A stretch of DNA of 64,000 nucleotides from Hypanus sabinus (Eukaryota), in NCBI RefSeq assembly GCF_030144855.1, contig NC_082731.1, positions 25,234,001 through 25,298,000 of the forward strand, written 5' to 3'. The position numbers and the translations under genes are program-made. This document shows positions 50,603 to 62,200 of this stretch, in pieces; the first letter of the stretch is position 1, and each line of letters opens with the position of its first letter. The notes beneath the pieces were generated by a model, which ran no database searches, was not told the DNA's origin, and saw only the letters and a program-made list of their open reading frames with translations.

Positions 50603-50800
50603 NNNNNNNNNNNNNNNNNNNNNNNNNNNNNNNNNNNNNNNNNNNNNNNNNNNNNNNNNNNNNNNNNNNNNNNNNNNNNNNNNNNNNNNNNNNNNNNNNN
50701 NNNNNNNNNNNNNNNNNNNNNNNNNNNNNNNNNNNNNNNNNNNNNNNNNNNNNNNNNNNNNNNNNNNNNNNNNNNNNNNNNNNNNNNNNNNNNNNNNNNN
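50603..50800. other. Assembly gap
   Basis: N-run. Confidence 1.
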
Positions 50801-51259
50801 TGCGTCTGTACAATTGGCACAATGTCGTCGAGAAGGCATGGAAGGAAAATGCGCAGAATATATAAAAATAAAATGATAGTCACCCTGCGTGGATACAGCC
50901 CAAGTGCAGATTGAGGGACAATGAAGCAGGTCAATCAATCACAAACTTTAACGAGAAGGGTTAAAGAAAGCATTAAATGCTACGCCAAATAAGGGCCATT
51001 AACTAAAACTCTCAAATGGAAAACGAAGCTTACACTGCGGTAGAATAAAGTAACTAAGAATTATACAAATACCGCTAGTCATTAAATTCAATTGACTACA
51101 CAGTCTAATTTCTCAGAGAAGGCGGAACGCAGGCAGCGAGGTGTCGTAACGAATGGAGTTAAATACTATCTAAATGAAATTATATTTATTTGACACGTGC
51201 ATATTCACGAACGCAATTGCAGAATCTTCGGCGCCAATGAATCCGTGTTGTGACACCTC

Positions 51260-53790
51260 AATCGTTAAAGGACTCTGATCGTAGTGATACAGAAACGTTC
51301 TGACAGTTGCTTGGAGTTGGTTCACAGATTACCATAACAAACATAAAAGTCTGGCCAAAAGAGCAATGATATGAAAGTCATGGGAGATTTTACCATGCAG
51401 TTAGGCTCGGAAATCACTTGGGTAATAGAGAGTGAGTTTGTTGAAAGGCTAAGAGATTTTTTTTCGTCAGAGCACCTTGTATTTGAGCCTACTATGGGAT
51501 GAGTTATACAGGAGTGGGCGTTTTGTAAGGAACCAGAGGCGATTAGGGAGCTTAAGGCAAAAGTACCGTTCAGAAAAAAATGATCACATTATCAGTGAAT
51601 TCAACTTGAAATTTGATAAGCAGGAAGTAAATTCTCGTGTAGCAGTATTTCAGTATATTAAATAAATTTACAAGGGTATGAAAGAGGTGCTGGCCAAAGT
51701 AAACCGGAAGGAGCTGTTAGCAAGGTTGTTAGCAGAACCGCAATGGCGTCCGTTTCTTAGGTAAAATGAGATAGGGCATGTGCACTCCAAAAATGAAGAA
51801 TTACTCAAATGGCAATATTGCACAAACGTTGCTGACATGTGAAGTCAAAGCTAATCTAAACAAAAAGGAAACGGAACAACAAAGCAAATATTACTGGAAA
51901 GATAGAAGATTAGGAACTGTTTAAAAAGCTGCTGAGAGCAGCTAAAAGAAGGATTAGAAAGGGAAAGAAGACACATGTAAGCAAGTTAGCTGATAATATC
52001 AAAGTGGTTCCTACACATTTTTTGAATAATGTAAAAGATAAAAGAATAAATGAGAGTGGATATAGCACCGCCATCAAATGTGGCAAAAAAAAAACAAAAA
52101 TAAACGGGTGCATTGATATGGCAGATGAGCGAAATGAGTACTTTTAAAGAGTCTGTCCTGTTGAAGACACGAGCAGTGTTCTAGATATTGAGTATATGAA
52201 TGAATAGAACAGATTGCAGTTAATATCACTTGGGAGAACATGCTCAAAAAGACCTGCAGATACAAAAATCACACTAGGTGACTGAAACAGGTAGTTTTAG
52301 AGATTGTGGCGGCAGTACCAATGATCATTCAAACATCATTGGACTCCGGCATGGTGCCAGACGACTGGAAAATTTCAAATGTCAATCCACACTTTAAGAG
52401 AGAAAGAAAACAGATTAAAGAAAAGTATAGACAATTTAACCTGACCTCAGTGGTTGGGAAGATATTAGGGTCAATTGTTGAGGCTGAGGTGATGGAGTAC
52501 ATTGCGACATGGGACGAGATAGGGCAAAATAAGTATGGTTTCCTTCAGTGGAAATCTAGCCTGGCAAAAAGATTGGAATTCCTTGAGAGGAATACAAGCA
52601 GTAGAGACAAAGGGGATTCAGGAGATGTTGTATACCTGGACGTTCTGAAGGCCTCTCACAAAGTGTCCACATTAGTCTACTTACCAGGTTAAGAGATTTT
52701 TGTATAGAGGGCAAGTTACAGTATTGGTTGATTGGAAGGAGGCAGCGAATGGGAATAATTGATTATTGTTTGTTTGGCTGCCAGTGACTTGTGATTTACG
52801 CATAGGTCAGTTGTGACGAGTACTGTTTATGCTTTTTTTAAAATGATTTAGATAATCAAATACATAACACTTTGATTATGTTTGCTAGTAATACAAAGAT
52901 TGGTGGAGAAGCAGGCAGTGTTGAGGAAACAAGTCGGATGCTGAAGGACAGAAGAGAATGGGCAAGAATGTGGCAAATGGAATATGATGCTGGTAAAAGC
53001 GTTGGCTTGCACTGTGATCGCAGAAATAGCTTTCGTGCTATTTTATAAATGGGGAGAAAGTGGTAAACTCTAATTATGTACCAGGACTTGGGATTCCATG
53101 TGTACAACATATTAAGGTTAACTTTCCGATGGAGTCAGTGGCGAGGAAGTCTACTGCAATGTTAGCATTCATTTCAGTGATCTAGAAAACTAATGCAGGG
53201 ATATGATGCTGAGAATTTATCGGAAATAGTGAGGCATCAACTGGTGTCTTATAAATTGCTTTGAGCTGCACAGTTTAGAAAAGATGTGCTGGTATTGGAG
53301 AGGATCCAGAGCAATTTCACACGGATGATTATAGGAATGGAAGGGTTATCCCACGGGGATATTTTGACAGCAGCGTGTCTTTACTCTCTGAGGTTTAGAA
53401 GGATGAGGGGAATATTTCGAATGTTGAACGTCCTCGTCAAAGTCGATGTGGAATGGATGTTTTCATTGGTGGCAGAGACTGGGACAGAATGCACAGCCTC
53501 AAGTTTAAGAGGCGTCTATCCAAATAAAAGTGATGCAGAGAGATTTATTTTGCCTGATGGTGGTGAATTGTGCAAATTATTGCCACATGTAGCAGTGTCG
53601 TCCAGGTCGATGGGTGCATATAATGGACAGTTTGATAGGTTCTGGATTGCAAATATCATCAAGTGTTTCGAGGATCATACCTGGAAATGGGGTGTAACGT
53701 GGAAAAATAAAAACAAGTGGATCAGCCAAGATTGAATGGCGAAGCAGAGCCGTTGGGCATCAAGCCATAATATCTGTTTCTATGGCTTAT
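51260..53790 (+). mobile_element. Old degenerate CR1 ORF2, unit-B paralog
   Basis: Aligns with 6780-9225; RT remnants (YRQFNLTSVVGKIL, VVYLDVLKASHKV). Confidence 0.8.
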
Positions 53791-54023
53791 GGTCTTATGG
53801 TCATATCCGTATTAAATACCATGCATGTTATGACCTGTTTTTTCTACTGTTGCCTCTGATGTAGTTAAATAATAGCCTCATCTGTTAACTACCTGCATAA
53901 CTAGAGCAAAAGTGAACCTGCTTTAGAATCTCAGTGATCGCACAATATTTTAGCCATAAGCACGGTTTAAAAGTTTAATATTTCAGATTTTGCATATCGT
54001 CTGAATTGTTATTGTACACCCGG

Positions 54024-54203
54024 NNNNNNNNNNNNNNNNNNNNNNNNNNNNNNNNNNNNNNNNNNNNNNNNNNNNNNNNNNNNNNNNNNNNNNNNNNNNN
54101 NNNNNNNNNNNNNNNNNNNNNNNNNNNNNNNNNNNNNNNNNNNNNNNNNNNNNNNNNNNNNNNNNNNNNNNNNNNNNNNNNNNNNNNNNNNNNNNNNNNN
54201 NNN
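54024..54203. other. Assembly gap
   Basis: N-run at a CA repeat. Confidence 1.
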
Positions 54204-55039
54204 ACACACTTAAAATGCAAAGGACAATCGTTCCATCGCATTTATGCTAACCGTTTAAAAATGAAGATGGTAATACCGTTTATAAACCTATTGTGCATTA
54301 GGCCTCTGTAGGCTCTTGATAATGGTGCTGTGCTGTAGGGAAACACTGTGCCACGAGCTTATGAACAGAACTTTTTGATTCCAGATTAGAAAATGTATGC
54401 TTCACGAAAGTATTACAATCCATATCCCGAAAATACCATGCGCGGCAACGTTTTCTTTCTGATGGTGTGCTTCTCTGACAGCCTTCAACCTGTTAGTTGC
54501 TCATTCCATTTCCATTATCCATATCAACATAGCTGGTTAGAGCGAGCGTGAGATTCAGAATGTGATTTATAGTGAGATTATGAATGAAGAAGTATGTCAG
54601 AGAAAAAGACACATGGGTTGTTTCGCTACATTTTGACACAACGCTGCATGACTTTCTTGATTGTCTCTTGAAATAAATTAACAAATTCATCTGTACACTC
54701 ATTTATAATCCGCACTTTCAAAATACAATGAATAAACCTGGCTCACATTCCATCAGCAATATTTGTAATTAAGGAGAACCGACGATATTCTCGTACCGGT
54801 GCAGAGATGCATCGGCTCATCTGCATATTTTTGCAGGCTGTATAGAGTGAGTTTTCTCGCAGCTGGCTTTATTGATACTGCAAGTAAGTTATTGTATGTA
54901 TTGACAAAACATTTTGTCGAAATTAGCTAGACTGTAATCTTAGTTTATCGCACACATTATCATTAAATGAACAGGAGGAACTCGAACAATACTGAGGAGT
55001 TGTTTCAGACACACACACCAATTTTTCTTTCGGATCATC

Positions 55040-55520
55040 CCACTTTCTCCCAACCCACGGTATAGACATGGCAACCAGCACATTACTCTCGCCACAGCCG
55101 CCCCTTAAACCGCTATGATTATTTTTTTTTTCGTTAACTACGTAGAACACTCCATCTCCCAAGCCCACGCTGGCAATGCTCCAACGTACCCAACTATTTC
55201 TATTCTACACGGACGACTGCACTGGCGTGGATGCATGTACGCTTTTTGACTTTGTTAATTTAATCAACTTTGCTTCCCGCTTCCACAGTGCCATTAAAAT
55301 CACTAGTTCCATTTCTGACACTTTCTCGGCTTTCTCTATCACTTTGGCTCCATTCCTGGAGTCATCTAGCTATGGCTGATTACGCATTCATAAACCTAGT
55401 GACACTCTCAGTTATCTTGATGAGATATCTTTTCACCCTGGCACGCGTCAATTTTGTCATTTCCTTTACGCAGCTGCCCCATGTTTTCGTATTTATTCGA
55501 AGGACGAGGCATTACGGATA
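55040..55520 (+). mobile_element. Penelope-like RT relic upstream of NAR V2
   Basis: LFLFYTDDCTG...INFASRFHSAIK; paralog of 12690-13170. Confidence 0.65.
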
Positions 55521-55767
55521 TTGGCGTTAAAACTGTCAGCGAGGACCTTCCTCATCAGTTGCAAAGAGCTTGAGTGAAAACAGAATCATAGCTTTTGATC
55601 ATTAATCCAGACGCTTTCTCGCACAAAGATAATTCAGAAACAGCGGAGCAATTGCATACATCTAGAACAGTAACCATCAGAGGTGCCTCTGCCCAGTTCT
55701 GAGAAATAACATACAACGGCAGTCTAGCATCCTTCATATAAACATTCTGACACTGGGAGACGAAACA

Positions 55768-55810
55768 ATGAACTTCCTCTTGAGTGCCACGATCTGCCTC
55801 TGCTTTCGCC
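55768..55810 (+). CDS. NTCRV: NAR-TCR V leader exon, cassette 2 (MNFLLSATICLCFR)
   Basis: ATG at 55768, phase-1 donor C|GTGAGT; paralog of 13420-13462. Confidence 0.9.
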
Positions 55811-55953
55811 GTGAGTACCGTTTACAATTTTGCACATTATGCGAGTTAAATATAAAACTGAACATTTTGGAATTTCATGAATTCAAAGTTGTAGCTGTCT
55901 TGCATTTTTTTTACATCTAATGCTCTTCGCTTCTCCATATTCTTCATTTCCAG

Positions 55954-56252
55954 TCGTCTTCAGCCAGTCCGTGACACAGAGCCCGACAGTGGTGACGAAA
56001 AATGAATGTCAGTCTCTTACCATCACATGCAGGTTCCACAAAATATCATCAAGCGATCAATTTATAACCGGACAGTTCATCAAACAGACGTGGCCAGGAA
56101 CGGGGAGAGTGCCGATCAAGACCGGAGGAAGAATTACTACAACGGAAAATAAAGCAGAAATGACAATTTCAATGACAATTACGAATCTTGAAATTAAGGA
56201 CAGCGCCACCTATTTCTGTGAAGTTAAATACCAATATTACTATAGTACTATC
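55954..56252 (+). CDS. NTCRV: IgNAR-type V exon (NAR-TCR V), cassette 2
   Basis: VFSQSVTQSPTVVTKNECQSLTITC...DSATYFCEVKYQYYYSTI; same acceptor context as cassette 1; open frame. Confidence 0.9.
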
Positions 56253-56291
56253 CACAAAGGTTGAAAAAGGATTCCGGTCATAATCAAATAC
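56253..56291 (+). other. 23-RSS of NAR-TCR V2
   Basis: CACAAAG, 23 bp, ATCAAATAC (non-consensus). Confidence 0.72.
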
Positions 56292-56602
56292 TCGCTGTAA
56301 TGTATCCGAACAACAGCTTAAGGAGGGGACCTAATTTGCCGGCAATTGAACGAAGCTCTTCTCCTGCGTTCCATCCAGTATAGCATATAATGGGACAGGA
56401 AGTTTACGGTTAATAATCCAGTTCCTTTCTCTGTTCTGAATTTGCAGGTATAAAATCAGCTTTCTCATTTTTCTTTTTTAGCAACAGTAAATGAAATGAT
56501 TTTCCCTCTTAACAGTCTTTTACTTCAGATAGGACGCTCCTCAAGCAGCATGGAAGCTGGAATAGAAATTGGAAAGCTGTTATCTCCAGCCCAACCTGTT
56601 CT

Positions 56603-56673
56603 GCGTTATGAGCTTGACGTGAAGCACTGTGGATATGGGGCGATACACAACAGAGGATAATCTAACAAAAACT
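56603..56673 (+). other. NTCRD: NAR-TCR D segment (coding 56632-56645, GATATGGGGCGATA), cassette 2
   Basis: 5' side: GCGTTATGA, 13 bp, CACTGTG. 3' side: CACAACA, 12 bp, ACAAAAACT. Confidence 0.85.
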
Positions 56674-56978
56674 TTCCGCACCGTTGAAGAATATATTCTA
56701 GAGTCCGGGAAAAAAAAGATTATATGTTGGATTAGGTTCGCGCTATGATCCGATGAATTCCATTGTACTTTTGCACTTTTTAGATCTTTTTCTTTGATAT
56801 TTGCTGCAGTTTAAGAGGCCGACATTCGGAAAGTATGATACGGCATTTTATAGTTGTCTTTTTCTTCGGTAGCTTCACAGTGGTCTGTGAAACTCTAAAC
56901 GATGTCTATAATGTTTTAAAAGTCTGGCACCGTTGTACACTGTCCAATAACGGTTGCAGAATAGACAGAATTGAGCAT

Positions 56979-57072
56979 GATTCTTGTACCAGTGAGACTG
57001 AGAAGCGAAGCACGGTGAGTTACGACATTGGCTACCGAGAAGGAACCGGGTCCAAGGTCACTGTCATAGTCG
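56979..57072 (+). CDS. NTCRJ: NAR-TCR J segment (coding 57018-57072, SYDIGYREGTGSKVTVIV) with 5' 23-RSS, cassette 2
   Basis: GATTCTTGT, 23 bp, CACGGTG; GTGS motif; donor G|GTAAGT. Confidence 0.88.
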
Positions 57073-57840
57073 GTAAGTAACTGAATTGGCAAAATTTATA
57101 AAGTATTTTAATCAATGTGCTTGCATAGGCAATTCTGCTGAATATATCAAGTTAAATTGAGGTTTCGGACATAGAAGTTATAAGGTCGGGCTTGTGGAAA
57201 ATAATGCGTTTAGATTGTCAGTCTTGAGTTCCTATTAGGAAAAGTATAATTAAAGAGAAAATCAGCACATCTGTACCAACGCAGTAGAAGTGGAACAACA
57301 AGGTTTCATACACTTATGTAGAGTGACTATTTGTTTTGCCAGCAGGTGGTATTGGGAGCAGCGGAAGAAAAGCTAAACTTGCGTCAGCAGTTAGTGCTAT
57401 CAAGTATGATGGAATTTCTCAGGGCTGTCATGAGCTGAGTGACTCTGCAGGTCCAGAGAAACCGCAGGTTGGAAGAGTGAGAGAGTAACTCTTTATCGGG
57501 ATCAAACTCTAGACAGAATTAGTTAGTGAAGACGCCTAGTTGCGAATGAGTCTGACAGCCACCTGTAAACTGTTATGAAAGCGACAGCTGGAAGACTGCA
57601 GGAGAACATTTAAGGTGAGAGGATATGCAGCAAAAGGAGAATAAGCAGTGTCAGGGAAAGAAAAGAAAATCAACACATAAAAACTGACGGAACTGTAAGG
57701 AAAACGGAGACTGACTTGTCAGAGCGAAACGGGAAACATGATAATATATGCAGATAACAGAAACCCAAGAAACACACCCAAAATGCTCCGCAAGCAAGGT
57801 AGTATATTGGAATATCCTGTTGAAGCGCCTCTGCGTGAAA

Positions 57841-57961
57841 TCAAGTCACTTTTATTGTCATTTCGATCATGACTGCTGGTACAGTACATAGAAAAAATGA
57901 GACAACCTTTTTCAGAACCATGTTGATACATGACATAGTACAAGAACCAGACTGAACTACG

Positions 57962-58045
<84 letters not shown>

Positions 58046-58220
58046 GAACAAGTTACATAGTCTGGACGTGAGAACCCTAAAGTTTCTAAGCCTTTTGTCA
58101 GAAGGCCGGAGGGATAAGAGATTGTATAAGGGGTGCATGGGGTCCTTCATGATGTTGTTTCCTTTGCGGATAGAGCATGTCTTGTAAATGTCTGTAATGG
58201 CGGGAAGTGAGATCCCGCTA
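57841..58220 (-). mobile_element. Rex1/Babar LINE 3' fragment in the J-to-supporting-V intron of cassette 2
   Basis: KDPMHPLYNLLSLRPSDKRLR...TSRLCNLFF matches the Rex/Babar ORF2 C-terminus; absent from cassette 1. Confidence 0.75.
57966..58041. repeat. (CA)n microsatellite
   Basis: Long perfect CA run inside the Rex/Babar fragment. Confidence 0.97.
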
Positions 58221-58871
58221 TAATGGTGCTTGGTCTTTAGAGTTCCTTCAGCACTGCTGTGTGTTGCACCTACTGCTTAGGAAGATTTACCGCGGGGTGT
58301 ATGAAATGTAACATCCTGTAATCCTTCCACGCATGTCTACATCACAAACAATAAAATCTTTACCTGCTCATTCAACTAAATCAAAGAGCAATATATTTGT
58401 AGAGTGTGCATCAGTCGTTATAAATCAATATATATTTTAGTCCTTTTTCTCATTCGTCCTTCCCTTACAAAAATGACAGAAATGCACATTTTTCATAATG
58501 TAATACGATTTTCAGTCTCACTGGTACAAGAATCATTCTCAACTCTGTCTGAACAGCAGCAGTTATTTGACTCTCGGGGTGCGAGCTATGATAGATTGTT
58601 TCACAGGGGTTCTATATTTTAATTATTACTTCCCGGGAAGTTTCACATTTTCAGCAATTGCATGCAGTAATTCAATTTCTCCTCCTAGTAATATCAATTT
58701 TCCTTCTGTAACACCTCCCAGTAGTTTCCCCACATCAGCAAGACGCTGGAATAATTTCCAAAGTCAATAAAGGCATTTTGTAAGCATTGTGATCCCTTAA
58801 CCTATTCCTATGCCTGGCGTATCCAGAAATGATAGTTTAGTAATAGTGTTGACTCTTTTCAATTCCTTCAG

Positions 58872-59177
58872 ATCCATTACCGTTGGTGTCCAGGAGTTCA
58901 CGTCTACAAACTTCTTATTCTGATGAGGTCGTCACATTAATCTGCGAATATTTCGGGTTTTGTCCATACACGCTACACTGGTACAGGCAGCTGCAAGCAG
59001 AGCCTCCAAAACTTCTGCTCCAGAGACATACCTCTGGAGATCAGGATCAGAACAATTTTGCTGAAGGACACTTCTTCGGTTCTCTCGATCGTGAGAGGAA
59101 AATCAGCATGTTAATGATTTCAAAACTACAAGTGAACGACTCGGCTTTGTATCTATGTGCCCTGAGCCGGAGGGGAA
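58872..59177 (+). CDS. STCRDV: Supporting TCR-delta V exon (leaderless), cassette 2
   Basis: DPLPLVSRSSRLQTSYSDEVVTLICEYFGFCPYTLHWYRQ...DSALYLCALSRRG; open frame; in frame with J2. Confidence 0.92.
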
Positions 59178-59216
59178 CACAGTGATAAACAGGAGGAAGC
59201 GAGATGCGCAAAAACC
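59178..59216 (+). other. 23-RSS of supporting V2
   Basis: CACAGTG, 23 bp, GCAAAAACC. Confidence 0.95.
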
Positions 59217-59232
59217 TCAATGTGGTGGATTA

Positions 59233-59271
59233 CACAGTGCTTCAGAAGACAAAAAGAGCTGTTCAAAAACG
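59233..59271 (+). other. Second tandem 23-RSS behind supporting V2
   Basis: CACAGTG, 23 bp, TCAAAAACG. Confidence 0.8.
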
Positions 59272-62200
59272 TGCGAAGGCCAAGACCACGGAGAAGAGAC
59301 CGAGAATTCCGCACCAGACTCTCAGGTTCGAAAAGACGCAAAGTTAAATCTTAGCATTGCATTTTCATGTTCAATCGTTTATGCGCCATCACCCAAATGG
59401 AAAACTCGCTGCTAATTAAAATGTCGATACTTCTGGCGTCCTTCGATTCCGAGCAAGTCCTCCGTCAGCCTCTGCTAGAACAAATATATTGTGGAGAGCT
59501 TTCCTTCCATGACGACGGACGGAAAATGTGTGTTTGTTTGTTTTTTTTATAATCTTTAACTGACATCTTTATTGCAACACCCATAAAAAAACAAACCGGC
59601 CACCATGACTCGAAAAAAATCTAATTCAGTCACATTTTTGCAGCAGATAAACGATTAACCACCCCCGTTAAAGTTAGTGTGCCCACAAACGTACAAGCGA
59701 ATAAAGGTGTAACCCTGTCTAAAATTTAGCAATAAACATCCTTCCGTGTGTATCGGAAATTTATTACTGAGTATTCGCTTAGGAAAATTCTGATAAAAAA
59801 AAATTATCAGAATATAATTCAAATCCTTTTGCCTCTCTCAAATTCCTGGGTGAATGTTCGGATATCGTTGTCGCTGACTGCTAATGGTTTCTTTTTCTTA
59901 GGTTTCTTCATTAAGTCTATGTTATTCCACGAAACCAAAACAGGATTTTACTTTTTTTCCCCAAACGTGCCGATCACACTGAATGTAATTCACATTAAGA
60001 AAAATATTTCTAGTTTCTTATAATTGACTGCTATAATTATAGCATATAATGAACACCAAATCATATAGTTTAATTTACTTGAATGTCCTTAATCAAATTT
60101 TGTTGTTTTTGAAACATCAAATCTAGAGATAAAAAATTCTGCATTTACTGGAAATTTTATGTAGCAGATACACGAACTGCACAGGAAAGCAGACAGCAGG
60201 TATGAAAGAGAATTGAATGCTGTCTTAAACAGATAAAGATTTGTGCAGTTATATGTGTAAGTTATGTTTTACTTCATAACAATCAATTCCCAGTCAGCAT
60301 TTCTATCCCATTTGAGGTGCGAAAGGACTTGAGCAAATATACGGAACAGAGAGCTCATTAATGTATCCAGTCCTTATCGACATATTGTTGGTTATTCACA
60401 ACTTGGGAGGCAGTTTGCTCTTAACCTCTGTTGGGAAAAAATAATGAAGTTTCATTTCACTGAAAATAAACTTTGAAGGCAGATCGCAGACTGACTGGGG
60501 AAAATGCAGATGCAGAATGCTACATTAATTAACGGTCATTTCCTGAATATACGTTCAGACTTTTTTTTCCGAAATATCAAGTACAGATTACAATCACAAA
60601 TTTACTTCATTTTCCTTGTCCAGTTGACGAACTTCTCCACATTGTTAACTCAGAGCTACTGTCCGGACCAGTTTCAATCATCCGCATCACTTGTCTCAAA
60701 TAATGACTTTGATAGAAGGAACTATCACTATTGTTTGCAGTCATGGAAAATTGCGATATTCCCAACCGTGCCAAGTTAGATATTTACTTATTTGCATAGA
60801 AAACAAAACGTAATACAACCCTGAGCGGTATTTTCAGCCAATCGAGACTACTCAGCCAATCTATCATGGATGATCCCGCATCCCACTCAACTCCATACAC
60901 CTACCTTCTCGCACTACATTTTGACTCTTTGTCAGATCAGAAAATTAGCTTCCACTGCAGTCTGTGCCATTAGCATTGTTCTGAACGGCCGGCCCTCAAT
61001 GGTCGCGCCTTTCATTTCTTCTAAAATGCCGTCCTTCAGCTGTGAGTCTGTGCACTCTAGTTATGGATAGCCGTAGGAAACCATACGAAACATCCTTGTC
61101 ATATCCACCCTTTCAGCTCCTTTCAGCACAGAAAGGTTTAAATGAGAATCCCCCCCCCCGCATTGTTCTGCGTTCTAGTCAGTTTAAGTCCAAAGTCGCC
61201 AAACGCTCCTCATGGGTTAATTCCTGAACCTCCTCTGGGCTCATTCCAATAACGACACATACCTTCTGAGAATGCCAACAAAACTGCTGACAATACTCTG
61301 TGCAGCCTGACTAATGTCTTATAAATACCAGCATTTTCACCGTGTTTTGATATTCTACTCCCATTTAAATAAATGACAACATGGCATTCGTCTTCAATAC
61401 CGCAGATCCAACTTGCAAATCAAACTTCTGGAATCTCTAATACACAGATTCAGCGCTTTTCTAATCACGGGGCAGTTCACAATGATCGCTTCTGACTGAT
61501 ACGTAGTTGGACTGTGGCATAAAACGGAGCACGCTGTGGAAACCTTCGATCACGTGCAAAAGAACGTACTGTCAGTCTTACAGTGAACGCCTTAATTTTT
61601 CTTCGAAATCTGGCTTTCCGAACTCGGGCGACGTTATTCTGCCTCTCTGCGTATTGTGTGAGCTCTGCTGAGAATAGATGAACGTCTTACCGTTGCTTGT
61701 CGCTGATTCCACAGCTTGTCTCTCTACCAGAATTTAGCATAGTCCTTGCTTGAATGAAACATTGGAATGTAATCGACCGTTTGACAGGCGGTAAAGGACT
61801 CTGACTTGAAATTCGTGAATACTGGAATGTCCCATTGTTCTGTGAGTCCGAGTGATGTAGTGGTATATAACCTGCTTGTTTTGTGGCTATAATTTGACTG
61901 TCACTCCGCTGCGCCCTGAGGTTGATTCACTACCATAAAGGTACTCTTTCTCTATTCCATAAAATATAGCCCAAGAATTTATGAGTACTGACCAACGTTC
62001 GATTCCAAGTCAATATCGAGACTTCTGGTATCTGCGTATCATGCATATTCTTCATTCACTTTGCAGTAAATTCGCCTGCATGATCAATTGATGTTTGGTC
62101 ACGAATGAAATCAGGGATTATACGGAGGACACAAAGAAGCAGGAGCACCTTCATCACATTTCTTAACAGAACAAGTGTTGTGACGACAACAATTTTGACT

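Noticed and set aside
43051-54311. ORFs containing long X runs
   Set aside because: Artefacts of translating through N-gaps.
57719-58150. Cys-Val repeat ORF
   Set aside because: Translation of a (TG)n microsatellite within the Rex/Babar fragment.
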